64,000 nt of DNA from a virus: positions 29,818-93,817 of the IMG/VR virus record IMGVR_UViG_3300018481_000019, one strand, 5' to 3'. A model generated the notes under the pieces. That model was not told the origin of the DNA, did no database searches, and saw nothing but the letters and a program-made list of their open reading frames with translations. The position numbers and the translations under genes were made by a program. Below, in pieces: positions 8,471 through 20,004 of this stretch (positions are counted from its first letter, which is position 1; each line of letters starts with the position of its first letter).

Positions 8471-9626
8471 ATTCCACGGCCCACGGCCTTGTCTTAGCGA
8501 CTCACCGTGATTGTCCACTCTTCCGCGAAGCGCTTGGTCAGCTTATCGAATGTCGTCCACGGTCACAGGCTCAGATTTGGGCCAGAGCGTGTTGATGTGT
8601 TCGATTGCCTTCCAGAGAGCAGGCCATTGCTGGCGGTGACGGACGATCATCATGCGGTGGTATCTCGGATTCACGCCTTCGTCACGAATAGCCCTTACTA
8701 GTTCGGACACTGCTTCCGCTAATTCCGATGAAGATAGCTCCTGGCTTCCACTCGGGACATTGCTCGCCGCATACGGCATAAGAGATTCCTTGATGGAGGG
8801 CGCGGGAGTAGATGTAGAGGTCGATTCCGGTTCCACACCAGTAGCACCGTGGGTCATTCTTGGAACCATCCTTCGTTCCTCTGAACGTCCTTCGCCCTTT
8901 CGATTTGCTCTTGCCGCCAGCGCCATTCGTGGGGGTTGAGGGGGCCGCGGGGGTCGGGGTCGTCAATGTCTCCGATGAATTGGGGTTGTCTCTGTCTCTT
9001 GGCGTAGTCAATTTTCTCCCACAGTTGAATCATTATGACGAGCAGTCCGCCCAGGATGCAGGCTATGGCGATGAACCACAAAAAGTCAGTCATGTTTCCT
9101 CCGGTACTGCCGCCTTGTCGAGCCATTCCACCAGCTTGTCCAAATCAACCGACACAGAACCTACGCCTCCGGCAAGCTCGCGTAGCGAGTTTTGCAAGTC
9201 GGTGAGACTTATCCACTTCTCTTGGTGGAAGTTGACGTAGCGGAGTCTCATTCCTTGGTCTGAGCGTCCTTGATTGCGAGCACGATCAAGTCAATACGTG
9301 ATAGCTCGGCGGCTTTGGCCCGTCCTGCGCTGGAACCGGAAGCAACTTGTGATCTGTCCGCTTCCTTGTAAATGCGCTCCCGCTGTGCTTGGAGCAGATC
9401 ATTCAGGTACTTGGCCTGGTGATCTTCGACGGTGATGATTTTCATTCCGTGCCTTCCGTGTCTGTGTCTGTGTCTGTTTCTTCTCGCCACCAGCGGAGCC
9501 GGTTGAACCCTTTGATCGCAAGGTCCGCTCCGACCCAACCAATGACCAGGGCCACGATTAGAATGGCCCATGACTCCCATCCGTCCAATCGGGCCTCCGA
9601 GTAGGGACGGCGATCATAGCGGGTTG

Positions 9627-9872
9627 CTACTCCGGTTTCACGTCGATCAATTTCATGTAGCTGAGACTCCACACCACGTAGCCGAGAACATCGTCCCAAA
9701 GCTCGTCGGGCATCTTTTGAATCAGCTTCCAGTAGTCGTGGGCTTCGGGATGATCGCTCCCTTTTCGGAAGGCGACGTGGATTCCCTCACCGAGAATCGA
9801 CTTCCATTCGTCCGGTGTGTACCGAGTGGGTTCTTCCTCTACCGATGATTTTCCGATGTCCATTTCACTCAT
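9627..9872 (-). CDS. Hypothetical phage protein
   Basis: Coupled small ORF in the leftward early operon. Confidence 0.5.
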   Translation of the reverse strand: MSEMDIGKSSVEEEPTRYTPDEWKSILGEGIHVAFRKGSDHPEAHDYWKLIQKMPDELWDDVLGYVVWSLSYMKLIDVKPE

Positions 9873-10281
9873 TCTCGTTCTCCGTTCTGTTGTCTGGCGA
9901 TCTTGCAGGCTTTTGAAATCGGGACCACCTTGGAACTCGGCCTTCCGGTCACGGTGTTGAACACCCGAGCCGTGGTCTTAGTTTCCCGAACCACGGCATA
10001 GGTCGGAAGCTCGGACGGCATCTCAGATTGAACAACGGGACAGTTGTAGGTTCCGGTTGGTCTGCCCCTGTTATTCGGAGCAAGGTTGGATAGCGCCTTG
10101 CCTCTAACCGACTCCATCTCGTCGGGGTCGGTGCTTGCCAGCAAAGCGGCTAGTTCCTCCGGCCCGATCTGCTCGGCTTGCCGTGCAGATACGGTGTTGA
10201 CACCCCACCACGTTTGATCGGTCGCACCCAATGATCGTTTGGCTCGGTAGTAGCCAGAGCCGCCAGATGGGTAGGCGTGGC

Positions 10282-10650
10282 TCACAATGGAGCGCCCTGC
10301 GTCCAAGTCAGATCGAACCAATCTTCATCTTGGTAGCGGTCTTGTTGCAGACGAAAGTGCGCCGCCCACACCGCATAGAGCATTTTGTGGCGGTCGTCCT
10401 CACCCTTGTCGATGTTGTCTTTCACCGACTCGTAGTCGAGTTCGTATGCCTCTCGTTTGAGATAGTCCGCAACCACCGCTCTCGGAACTGTCTTGCGAAA
10501 GCGATAGTCGCTCCCGGCGAGTTCCTTGATGTCGTCGGGGCCAAAGGCATCGACCAAGTCCTCACGGACTCGGGACTTCACCATGAGGTACGCCGAGTTG
10601 TCCTTGTGCTTCACGATGGAGAAGAACCCATCCTTGGTGAAAATCCACAT
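10282..10650 (-). CDS. Conserved phage hypothetical protein (MW.FT..GF.S.V...R.R...DL...DY.FR...DY.NFK type)
   Basis: Recognisable motif pattern; ATG 10650 coupled to the upstream stop. Confidence 0.6.
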   Translation of the reverse strand: MWIFTKDGFFSIVKHKDNSAYLMVKSRVREDLVDAFGPDDIKELAGSDYRFRKTVPRAVVADYLKREAYELDYESVKDNIDKGEDDRHKMLYAVWAAHFRLQQDRYQDEDWFDLTWTQGAPL

Positions 10651-11143
10651 CAGCTTTTCCTCAGAACCGCATTCATGGCGCTCTTGATCGTGTTCATCTG
10701 CTCCTGATAGGCGGCATCCCACTCTTTTGCGCTGGAACCGTCTGCCGCATCCGACCGGCGTAGCTTGGCCTGCCTGCCCTTTATCAAGTCGTACTGTCGG
10801 CTCAGAGCCGTGTCGATCATCCTGATTTCCAACTCAGTTAGTTTGACCGTCTTTGTTTTTGTGTCACTCATGTTTTCTCGCTTTCAGTCGTCGGTGGGTC
10901 GCCAAGCCTGGTTGACCCAAGCGTCCCATTCCATTGCTTGCTTCTCGGCCTGAGCCTTTTGCTCCTGCCAATATTTCAGTCGATAGCTGGCGATGGATAC
11001 CAGAGCATCCAGGGCCAGAATCACCACCATCCCAAGGACGAATATCCGAGATGGTGTGTAGTCGGTGAAGATCATTTTCAATGCAGTATAACCCCAAGCA
11101 AGGGTCAGTGCAACATTCACGATGATGCCAAGTTTGTTTCGGT

Positions 11144-12070
11144 TCATATGTCCTCCGGTAGTAGTTGGTCCGCCAGTGACGGCGGTTCGGACGTGTCGAT
11201 TGTGATTGGGAGAATCGCGTGCTCTTTCAAAACGGCAGCGAAGCTCTCTAGGGCTTCCGCCGCCTTTTCCATTCCCTCAGTCGCCTCTTTCAATCCGATG
11301 GATTCCTCCACCACTTCATCGAAGTCGTCGGGCTGCTCGGGAATGTCTTTCACCGCTGCTTCCATCGCAGCCAAGTCAGCCAGTTCACTCACCAAGAATT
11401 CAATCTTGGGAGATGGAGTTGAATCCAGATTCGCTATCGCCTCTTCGACGGTGGCAGCGTCGTACCAAAAGGAAGATGCGCCCTCCGGTGTTGAAATGGG
11501 GGCGGAGTCGGCGTAGATGCCGACTCCCAAGCCCTTCATCGCTTCGTCTTTGGTCGGGTAGGCCCACCCGTTGTTCTTGGCGCAAACCGGCCCGTACCCG
11601 GCGAAGATGCTCCGCTCGTCGGTCAGATGGGCGGCACAATTGATGCAGATGCCGTAGGTCTTGCCGAACTTGGCGGCTTCCTCAGCGGGCATCCGAGTGG
11701 CCTCACTCAGACCTTTCAGCCCCCGCTTGCCCTGGTACTCAAAGCCCCAGGCTCCGTCAATCTCTTTCAGGAAGGAAGCGACGACATGCCCGTTCCGAGT
11801 CCGGTAGACCTTGACCGCCACTCCCGTCTCGGGGGAGATGTGCATTCCCTCCGGCACGTCGGCGTAGACCGGCTTGGGCTTCTCGACCTTGGGCTGCGCC
11901 AGAAGCCATTCGATGCGCTTGCTGGCTTCCTGCTTGGTCATGGTGTCGGAAGCGACTTGGGCCTCAACGTGGGCCTTGACCTCCGGGGTGAGTGACCGCT
12001 GCTCTATGAGCGAGACGATGAAGGCGATCTGCTTCTCGGTTGCGTAGCTTTCGGGCGGGGAGTATGTCAT
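11144..12070 (-). CDS. DUF6011-domain protein
   Basis: CINCAAHLTDERSIFAGYGPVCA motif; N-terminal ATEKQIAFI; own promoter and SD; ends SLADQLLPEDI. Confidence 0.75.
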   Translation of the reverse strand: MTYSPPESYATEKQIAFIVSLIEQRSLTPEVKAHVEAQVASDTMTKQEASKRIEWLLAQPKVEKPKPVYADVPEGMHISPETGVAVKVYRTRNGHVVASFLKEIDGAWGFEYQGKRGLKGLSEATRMPAEEAAKFGKTYGICINCAAHLTDERSIFAGYGPVCAKNNGWAYPTKDEAMKGLGVGIYADSAPISTPEGASSFWYDAATVEEAIANLDSTPSPKIEFLVSELADLAAMEAAVKDIPEQPDDFDEVVEESIGLKEATEGMEKAAEALESFAAVLKEHAILPITIDTSEPPSLADQLLPEDI

Positions 12071-12091
12071 AGGCGGTCCTTTCTCTTGCCT

Positions 12092-12129
12092 GACACTCTG
12101 ATTATAGCCCGCTGAAAATCTAACGCAAA
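12092..12129 (-). promoter_or_regulatory. SigA-type promoter
   Basis: Minus strand TTGCGT-N17-TATAAT-CAGAGTG. Confidence 0.7.
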
Positions 12130-12492
12130 TCCAAATCCGAATTATTTGGAGAAATTTCGTGGGCGATCAATTGGCCCATCGCGTCCAGATCGTTCCAAGG
12201 AAGGTTTTTGAATTCCAGCACCATCGCCGTTGGGGGTTCCAACTCAGCCACGATGAACTTGGCTCCGTCGGAATATCCAAGGTCGATCAGCCAGCGCATC
12301 TCGGAATCGGATTCGGCCTCCATGAAGGACCGGCGTTCAACCGAGAGGTAGATCGGAAACAGAGAACTCTCGGTCACGTAGGCGTGGTAGCCCAAGTGAA
12401 CGAGAGTTCTCGCGAGTATGTACGCCTTGGCGGACGGGTCTTTCAAATCACCGATGGAGAGCCGGTAGACCATATCTGCCGCGGTAACGGCA

Positions 12493-12795
12493 TTACTTGG
12501 CGGTCTTGCTGCCATTGGTCTTGTAAGCACGCGGCTCGTATCCGATGGAAACGAGTGCTTGCTGCACCCAACCGATTGAGTAGCCGGTTATCTCGGCAAT
12601 CTCTTTCAGGGTGGCTCCGTTGTTCTTGGCGGTCATTGCCGCCTTGACGAGACGGCCCTTGGCGGAATCGACATCTCTTTCCAGCTTCGTGATGTTCGTT
12701 CGCTCACTCTTCAGCTTGGCGAATGCGTTCTCACGTCTGCCCTCTCGGGCTAGCTCGGCCTTGGTCTTGGTTTCAGTGGTCATGTAGGTGTTCAC
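12493..12795 (-). CDS. Helix-turn-helix DNA-binding protein
   Basis: GATLKEIAEITGYSIGWVQQAL. Confidence 0.7.
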   Translation of the reverse strand: MNTYMTTETKTKAELAREGRRENAFAKLKSERTNITKLERDVDSAKGRLVKAAMTAKNNGATLKEIAEITGYSIGWVQQALVSIGYEPRAYKTNGSKTAK

Positions 12796-12845
12796 CCCCT
12801 TTCGGTAAATTGTAGTCCGCTTGAATCACTACCGCTAGGGGCAAT

Positions 12846-13478
12846 TCAAAACGGAGGTTTGTCGTCTCCGTCAGGGTCTTGGTCTTCGTCTAGCTTCGGG
12901 ATGGGCGGCGGTGCTTCCTCTTCCGCTGGTGGTTCCGCTGGCACCGGCAGAGGAACATCTGCACTTGCATCGTCGGTGTGCAGAGGTATCGGCGGTGGCG
13001 GAGGAACGTCGGCGGCAGTAGCGGCTCCGGCGAAATCGGGAGCGGGCGGAAGTTCGTCTTCACCCCCTGGTGGGTGCAAGCTCTTGACCTCAGTGCGAGT
13101 GTCACCTTCCCAATCGCGGTGTGACACATTGGCTACCACGGAACGGCCCACCATCAAACGAGCAAGGTCTTCCGGCGATGGGTTGTTGTCTCTGAGAAAT
13201 GCTTCTGTGAATCCGAGCGAGCGAAGCGCCCGGAGGAACATGCGGCGATGTCCCGGCTTGGATTCGTGATTTGGAAAAACGAGATTGTTCCAGAGGTACT
13301 CGTCGTCATACGGCCCACCGTCCACGACCAGCACCATTTCGATCATGGTCTTGCCGGTAGCGGCGGGCGATACCGTGGCTTCCTTCACCCGAGTCAGAAT
13401 CTTTCCAATGGGAATCAGATCAGCCGGTGCTCCGGTGGGGCTTGCCTCCCCCAAAATGTCGGACCAATTGAACGTCAT
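12846..13478 (-). CDS. Single-stranded DNA-binding protein (DUF669-like)
   Basis: OB-fold-like core, acidic/Pro tail ending DDKPPF; downstream of Sak4. Confidence 0.7.
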   Translation of the reverse strand: MTFNWSDILGEASPTGAPADLIPIGKILTRVKEATVSPAATGKTMIEMVLVVDGGPYDDEYLWNNLVFPNHESKPGHRRMFLRALRSLGFTEAFLRDNNPSPEDLARLMVGRSVVANVSHRDWEGDTRTEVKSLHPPGGEDELPPAPDFAGAATAADVPPPPPIPLHTDDASADVPLPVPAEPPAEEEAPPPIPKLDEDQDPDGDDKPPF

Positions 13479-14230
13479 GCGCTTCCTTCCTCTTCTGGTT
13501 CGATGTGCCGCATTGTCGGGAACACCGTTTCGATCATCTCTTCCAAGTGCGGGTCGTTCACGATGGGCGGTATCGCTCCGCCCAATCTCTGCCCTGCCTC
13601 AAACTGCGTGGTGCGTCGGGTGAGCAACCGGCGCTTCTCGACCAGCAAGTCGCTTCCAGGGTCCGACTCCAACTCGACGTAGAGATAGCCGGTCAGATCA
13701 AGGAAGTAGGGCATAACGTCCTGCAACTGACCCTGGACGAATGGCGACCACATGCCGTCCCGGTTGCGAGCCATTGCGGTGAGCACGATGCACTGCACCG
13801 GCTTGGTGGGGTGGACGGTCAAGTCCCTGATATCGCGGATCAGTCCGGCGACCTCACGGAAGGCATCGCCCCACTGTTGCAACTGCAACTGAGAGCGGCC
13901 CGAGATTCCTTCGATGTAGCGCTGTTGCAACTCGGAGATGGAATCCACGATGAAGGAATTGAAAGGGTGTCGCCCCGACGCGAGCCATTGGTACGCCTTC
14001 TGGACCGTGTCCCAATTCTTCGTCGGGACAACGGCGGTGTCCCACGTCCCGTCGTCTACGGGCGGCTCTTCCTTTGCCGGGTTCCAAGCAATCCGATTGA
14101 TGGGGAGGAATCGGGCTGCGGCCTCCACGTCCATGTAGAGACGTGGTGCGGGCGAAGTCACTGCCAGGGTGCTCTTGCCAGACTTGGAGGCTCCGTAGAT
14201 CAGGAATGAAATGCTTCGGTCTTCGCTCAT
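13475..14230 (-). CDS. Sak4-like AAA_24 ATPase/recombinase
   Basis: IYGASKSGKST Walker A, IVDSISE Walker B; nuclease-Sak4-SSB gene order. Confidence 0.8.
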   Translation of the reverse strand: MSEDRSISFLIYGASKSGKSTLAVTSPAPRLYMDVEAAARFLPINRIAWNPAKEEPPVDDGTWDTAVVPTKNWDTVQKAYQWLASGRHPFNSFIVDSISELQQRYIEGISGRSQLQLQQWGDAFREVAGLIRDIRDLTVHPTKPVQCIVLTAMARNRDGMWSPFVQGQLQDVMPYFLDLTGYLYVELESDPGSDLLVEKRRLLTRRTTQFEAGQRLGGAIPPIVNDPHLEEMIETVFPTMRHIEPEEEGSA

Positions 14231-14250
14231 TCTCTCGCTCTCAGGTCAGG

Positions 14251-15120
14251 TCAAGATTCTGAATCACTATAACGATCATGTTTGCCCCCTGTGACGAACT
14301 TGACATTCAGATATTCCAGAGCCGCTTCCGGCGAATCATCAGCCAGAAGGCACGGCTTCCGATAGTCGCACCAGGCACAGTGTTGCCCCGGCGACGGGTA
14401 GTTGCTCTCTTCGTCAATGGCTCTCAGCATGTCAGTGACGATGCGTTCGATGTTGACGATTCGATTCGGAGTGGCGGTGGCGGTGCCGGGAATCGGGAAG
14501 CGATGAATCTCGGGGTAGCGCCCCTTGACCAAGATGGTGTTGGCGGCATGAGGCATCGGTTCGTCAGGGTTGGCGAGAGATTCGATCCCCATGTAGACGT
14601 GGTGCTGGTAGCTGTGCTCTAGCTTGGCCCTGGTCCCGTTGTCGAGCCGACCCACGGTTTTGAAATCGTTGAGCAAGAGGAAGCCCGAGTCCACGTAACG
14701 GAACTTCACATCGACCTTGCCCCGGAGCAGGACATCTCCACCGAGAATGGGAGCTTCGATCTGCTCTTCGACGGCGACCACTTCCAAGCCGTCGTCCTCA
14801 CCGGACTCGGCAATCCACTCGACGTAGCGCTCAATCAGCTTCCGACCGATCACGGTTTCCTTGTAGAGCGCGTCGATTTCCCACGGAGCGGCGGCATGGT
14901 CTTCCTGCCACGCCATATCCTTCGCTGAGAGAGCGTTGAATAGCCCTACGGGGTCGTCGGTGTGACCTCCGTACAAGAACTCCAAAGCCTTGTGAACTCG
15001 GCTTCCTAGCGCTCTTGCGCCGTGTCTGACCTCTGGCGGGTGGAAGTCGTGAACGTAGTTCCAGGCCCACAGCCGACGGCAAGTGAGGAAGTGGTCGATG
15101 TCCGAGAAGGTGAAGATCAT
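14251..15120 (-). CDS. Cas4/RecB-like PD-(D/E)xK exonuclease
   Basis: C.R..., G..VH..LE, E...GKVD...NDFKT, C-terminal CAWCDYRKPC. Confidence 0.8.
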   Translation of the reverse strand: MIFTFSDIDHFLTCRRLWAWNYVHDFHPPEVRHGARALGSRVHKALEFLYGGHTDDPVGLFNALSAKDMAWQEDHAAAPWEIDALYKETVIGRKLIERYVEWIAESGEDDGLEVVAVEEQIEAPILGGDVLLRGKVDVKFRYVDSGFLLLNDFKTVGRLDNGTRAKLEHSYQHHVYMGIESLANPDEPMPHAANTILVKGRYPEIHRFPIPGTATATPNRIVNIERIVTDMLRAIDEESNYPSPGQHCAWCDYRKPCLLADDSPEAALEYLNVKFVTGGKHDRYSDSES

Positions 15121-15758
15121 TCTTGTGGGGGCCAAGGCCAGAAGTACCCGACGAGACACAGCACCACAATCTCGGTCACGAACCAGATCAGAAGAATGTG
15201 GCTTTTCAAAAAGTTGCTCATACCGGCACTGCCTCTCTCACTCGCTCGGGCCACAATTCAGACGGACAGCCGCAATCGGCTAGAGCCTTGGTCGCTTGAC
15301 CCATTGCGGTCCATCCCGCCAGCGGGTCGCCATTGTCTCGCAGACAGTGGGCTTTGAAAATTCCTAGCTCGGCTTCGATCATCCGAGCCTTGTGCTTGTT
15401 GGTCGAAGCGTGAGACAGACGTAAGAGATTCATTTGGTGGTGTTCGCAATGAGCATTTTCCAAAACTCCAAGGCCGCTGCCTCAGCGATCTTCACCGAGA
15501 ACCCGGCATCAATCATTTTGGCCTTGAATCCCGCCACCAACGCGACGACTCCCTCTGTCGCATCTGCCATTTGTGCAAAACTGTCAGTGTCCATGCTGTT
15601 CCAATAGCCATTCGTGGTACTTGTCTCGCCACTGAATCGCGGCCTCTTGCCACCCTTCCGTCTTGTCCAGTCCATCCCATCCGGCGTTAGCGATGATGCC
15701 CCAGGCTTCGTAGAGCAAGCTACCTTCGATGCTGGTTTCTGACGGAACGGAATCTCGC

Positions 15759-16850
15759 TCACGCTTCATCAGGCAACCTCACCGGCATCATTATGAATCG
15801 AACGCTCGGGTCTTTAGGACCGCTGATTCGGAACATGGTTTTCGGCTCGGAGAATCGAAGCTCAACTTCATCGCCGGTCAGCGATTGAATAACGGGGCGG
15901 AACAGATCGACATTCAGACCGATGGTGAGAGGGAGTCCGGGCCACTTGCCACTGATATGTTCCGAGCTATCGCCAAGCTCGGTGCGAGTGGCGAGTACGT
16001 CCGCCCCTGGTGCTTCCGCTTCCAATTTCAACCTCATGGGAAGGTGAAGCCCGGTGAGGACTTGCGCTCGGTCACAGGCGGCGAGCAGTTCTGACTTGTT
16101 GGTGGCGAAGACCCATCCGTCAACCTTGTCGTCGGTTTCCAAAATGGTTTTGTAGCTCGGGAATTTCTTGGAGCTACGAAGCGTGCTGATCGCATTTCGC
16201 CCCTGGCGAAAGGTGACTCGGTTCCGTTCCACCACCACTTCGACATCGCCACTTCCGGTCAGCACTTTTTCGGCATGGCGGAAGATGGTTGCGGGTATGA
16301 CTGCCGACTCGTCAAATTCAAAAACCACTCCGCTGTCGATCACTCCGATGCGGAATCCATCGGTGGTCACTATCTGCCCGTTCTCGGTTCCGTTTTCAAA
16401 AAGCACCAACTCGGCTTTGGGAACCGCCCCGAGATACCCGATGATCTGCGAGAGCCAATTGAGCGGGAGCTTGAAATCAGCCCGCTTCCTAATAGAGATT
16501 TCGGGAAAGGCGGTGGCATCGCCATACCGCAATTTGAATTTGGGTCCGTGCTCGCTCTTCAGTTCCACGGTCCCGTCACTGGCGGTCAAGGTGACTGCCC
16601 CGTCGGGCAAGGTGCGGACGGCCCGAGCAGTCTCCGGTGGAAGCAGGCTTTTGAAACCGGCTCCGGCTCCGACTTCAGCGCCGAACGCCGTCTTGATGGT
16701 GAGTGTTGAGTTGGTGCCAGTGAGAACTACCCATCCGTCAGTAAACATTTCCAAGTGAATCTGACGATAGGTGTCGATCTTGGAAGACAGGGCCAACTCG
16801 ACCTTGTCCAAAGCAGCGCTGAGTTCTTCCTGAGTAGTGACGAGTTTCAC
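15759..16850 (-). CDS. dnaN: DNA polymerase III beta sliding clamp homologue (start approximate)
   Basis: TDGFRI, KFPSYKTIL, ELLAACDRA, IGLNVDL, C-terminal FIMMPVRL; about 360 aa. Confidence 0.85.
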   Translation of the reverse strand: MKLVTTQEELSAALDKVELALSSKIDTYRQIHLEMFTDGWVVLTGTNSTLTIKTAFGAEVGAGAGFKSLLPPETARAVRTLPDGAVTLTASDGTVELKSEHGPKFKLRYGDATAFPEISIRKRADFKLPLNWLSQIIGYLGAVPKAELVLFENGTENGQIVTTDGFRIGVIDSGVVFEFDESAVIPATIFRHAEKVLTGSGDVEVVVERNRVTFRQGRNAISTLRSSKKFPSYKTILETDDKVDGWVFATNKSELLAACDRAQVLTGLHLPMRLKLEAEAPGADVLATRTELGDSSEHISGKWPGLPLTIGLNVDLFRPVIQSLTGDEVELRFSEPKTMFRISGPKDPSVRFIMMPVRLPDEA

Positions 16851-17627
16851 AGTCTGAGTCCTGTCCGATTCAAGACGACTGACTATACCGTCCGTAGAGA
16901 GCCGGGGTGCTGCCAGCGAAGCCATTCATCGGGGGTCATTCGGACCAGGGCGGAGCAAGCGCAATCGGGTTGGTGACACGCTCCCCGAGACTCAGAACTG
17001 ATCTTGATTCCGGCATGGGACAAATCGGGGTGGTAGCAGTTTCGACACCAAGCATGGCCGCCCATCGAAGAGCGGGCGATCACGAATTCAAGCGGCTCTT
17101 CCATCCGATAGCTCCAACTGGATTTTCTCAATCAATCGTTTCTCAGACACCGCTTCGTTCTTGTGCTCACGGTCGAGATGGGAGAAGGTGAGCACGCCCT
17201 CCAAGACCAGATATCGCTCATTGAGAAGACGACTCAGATAAGCACGATGGTTGCTTGGTAAGTTCATTCCCCGACCAACTCCCAATCTCGGTGTTCGATT
17301 GGTTCCAAGGTCACGTCCACTGGCGGACCTTTGACGATGTGGTCTTCATCGACTTTCAAAAGTGCGTCCGCCAGTGTGGGCCGGAAGGCTCCGCTCGGAA
17401 TCTCGACGGTGAGTTTGATCGCCACTTCTCCGCCGTGCAGGACCGGCACTCGCTTTTTCACCAGGCGAGAGACACCCCGCTCGTCGCATACCAAGTAGAC
17501 CGTTGACTTCACTGTTCCTCCCGTCTGCGCTTCTCGTTCATCTGTCTTACGGCGAGCACGATCATAAGCACAACCAATGTCCCGAGCGTGATTGCGATGC
17601 CGACAAGCATCCCCTGTGTGAATTCAC

Positions 17628-18293
17628 TCAATGACACTCACCCCTGTTCCACGGCGACCAGTGACCCCAACCCCCATCATCGTAGAGCGCCTTGCTGATC
17701 GAAAGGTTGACATCGGGGTTGAAAAGATCGGATTCTGAATAACCGAACTTCCCGGCCCAACTCGGGAGCACTTGCATGAGTCCCGATGCGCCGGAACTTG
17801 AATTTTGAGCGTTGGGATTGCCGCCCGATTCGTGTTGCATGAGGCAGAGAGCAGTGTCGGCAAGCCCCGCTCCGAAGTAGGAAGTCACCAGGCCGCGCCA
17901 CTGTTCCACACCATCGCCCATACCGCTGTCTGCGGGCTGTTCCGGCTCTTCGCTTACCTCTGGCTCAGGCTCCGGTTCCGGCTCAGGAGCGGCCTCAGAA
18001 GCCGTCTCAGAGGCTTCCAAGGTCACTGGCTCGGAGACGATTGGCTCATGGCGAGTCTCCCGCATGACCTCCATCTCTTCTGCCGTCCGGTCCCGCTCGG
18101 TGACAATCGGGGGAGCGGGAATCGGGGGAGCGGGAATCGTGGATTCGGGAAGGACTGGTAGTCGAACGATTTGATGTCGGGAAGCCAAGATTGGCTCGGG
18201 ACTGATGTGATCGTCTGCCAAAAGAGAACTGCCACCGGCAATGCCGACGGCAGCGACGAACGTGGTGAGCGCAGCAATGATCGCTTGTCTCAT
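17628..18293 (-). CDS. Secreted lytic transglycosylase (SLT domain)
   Basis: Signal peptide, Pro/Glu linker, HESGGNPNA...ASGLMQ...LFNPDVN...GWGHW. Confidence 0.85.
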   Translation of the reverse strand: MRQAIIAALTTFVAAVGIAGGSSLLADDHISPEPILASRHQIVRLPVLPESTIPAPPIPAPPIVTERDRTAEEMEVMRETRHEPIVSEPVTLEASETASEAAPEPEPEPEPEVSEEPEQPADSGMGDGVEQWRGLVTSYFGAGLADTALCLMQHESGGNPNAQNSSSGASGLMQVLPSWAGKFGYSESDLFNPDVNLSISKALYDDGGWGHWSPWNRGECH

Positions 18294-18541
18294 GGATTTT
18301 CTCCTGATTGGGGATTGGGGGTTGTTCTCAGAGGCGTTTTAAGCCCCGTTTTGAAATGGGCCTGAACAACTAGGCCCGGAAAATCAGCGTCGATCAGAGT
18401 AGTGGGCTTGGGGCAAGGGTTGTTCCCTGGTGCGAATCCAGTTGACAACCCATGAGATTCCAGCGACTACGGAAGCGAGCGCCCCGACGATCAGAGTGAG
18501 TCCGACCAGCACCACAAAGAAAGCGGCATTGACAAGCCACA

Positions 18542-18757
18542 TCACTTGCTCAGATCATCGGGAAGCAAGGCGCGGACAAGGACGTTTTCCATGCGGGTCA
18601 CTTCCTCACTGAATCGCAAGAGGAAATTGAAAAGCGTTTCGTTCATCTCCGTGGAAGCTCGCAGCATCTTTTCAGCCGCTTCCGCCATTTGACTCGCGGC
18701 TCGCCGGATTCCTTCATCATCGACGTGAATCATTTTTCCATATTCACCAAACGTCAC
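18542..18757 (-). CDS. Small helical hypothetical protein, near-terminal LVRALLP
   Basis: Coupled ORF. Confidence 0.5.
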   Translation of the reverse strand: MTFGEYGKMIHVDDEGIRRAASQMAEAAEKMLRASTEMNETLFNFLLRFSEEVTRMENVLVRALLPDDLSK

Positions 18758-19344
18758 CCCTGCCCCTTTTGCTCTAGCCCGATGAATTCAAGACTCATTC
18801 CATTGGCATTGGCGATAGCTCGCATGTGGATGAAGATATCAGCCAGAGCTTCGTGCAGCTTGTCCGGTTCGTAGCCGTGCAGGGCGATGCCCGCCATGCC
18901 GTCGTCGGCGTAGAGCAGAGACACGTACCGATCACCCTCTTGTGACTCGGGGTGCAGTTGAGCAGCGTCATTCATCGCCCCGCCGATTCGGGTGAGCCGG
19001 TCCTGTGGCTTGTCGTGCGGGACGACGGGTTCTTTAGGCATCAATCAGGCTCTTGACAAGCAGACTCTTGATGTAGCCAACTCCCCAACCCAAGTTACGC
19101 CGACAATTGGAGCACTGGCGAAATCCACGATCAACAAGTTCGCCCCTGGCGGCGAGATGGGGTTCGCCCCAAGTGGGGTCGTCGTAACCGGGGGTGTGAT
19201 CGGAGATAGTCGAAAATCCGACCTGCCAGCAAAGCGGCTTGTCACCATCGACGGTGTCGTGCCAGATCAGACGATGTCCGTAGACCAGCACTTGCTCTTC
19301 TCGCCAGTTCTTCCAACCGAAAGTGACGAAACTCGGGTCCACGC

Positions 19345-20004
19345 TCACAGCAACCTACTTTCTACCTTGACCGATATCTGCCATGCCACACCGTTTTCGT
19401 CCACTGCAATCCGAGCGCCCTCTTGGGTTCGGGCGACAATTTTCAATCCGGTCCCTTCCTCCAAAGCCGAGTCGGGAATCGCGTTGGCGAGTTCGGGATT
19501 GATCGCTGGCGAGTCCTTGGGATTCGGGTTGTAGTAATAGACCCCTGGTGAAAGTCGCTCGACGTGAGGGTCGTCACGAACAAGGGCGACCAAGCTGGAA
19601 CTGATCTGCTTCCGAGTCAGCGTCATTTCAAATTGCTCGACCAGCTTGTTTGAAATGGCCTCAGTGGTGATGGGCTTGCCTTCGTTCCGAAGTATGGAAA
19701 CGACCTTGCCCTTCTGACCCGAGACTCGGTTGGTCACTGCGGTCACGTCTCCGGTATCGGATTCCAAATTGTCGGGCCGATAGGCGTACTCGCCGGGAGC
19801 AATCCGAATGATGCCGGTGTTCTCTCGGTCGCCCCGCAATTGAGAGAGGGTCGCTGAAATGCTGGTCGGCGGAGTCGTCTCTAGTTGCGGCTTCGCTTGC
19901 AAGTCCCGCATCGTCACGCCTTCTGGCGCGGCCTCTTCCACCAACCGCTTGATGGTGGTGACAAGAGACTCGCCTTGCCGCTGCTCTCGGTCTAGGTCTG
20001 TCAC
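19345..20004 (-). CDS. Tandem winged-helix DNA-binding protein
   Basis: Two repeats ending ISATLSQL...RIAPGEY and ISSSLVAL...RLSPGVY. Confidence 0.65.
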   Translation of the reverse strand: MTDLDREQRQGESLVTTIKRLVEEAAPEGVTMRDLQAKPQLETTPPTSISATLSQLRGDRENTGIIRIAPGEYAYRPDNLESDTGDVTAVTNRVSGQKGKVVSILRNEGKPITTEAISNKLVEQFEMTLTRKQISSSLVALVRDDPHVERLSPGVYYYNPNPKDSPAINPELANAIPDSALEEGTGLKIVARTQEGARIAVDENGVAWQISVKVESRLL

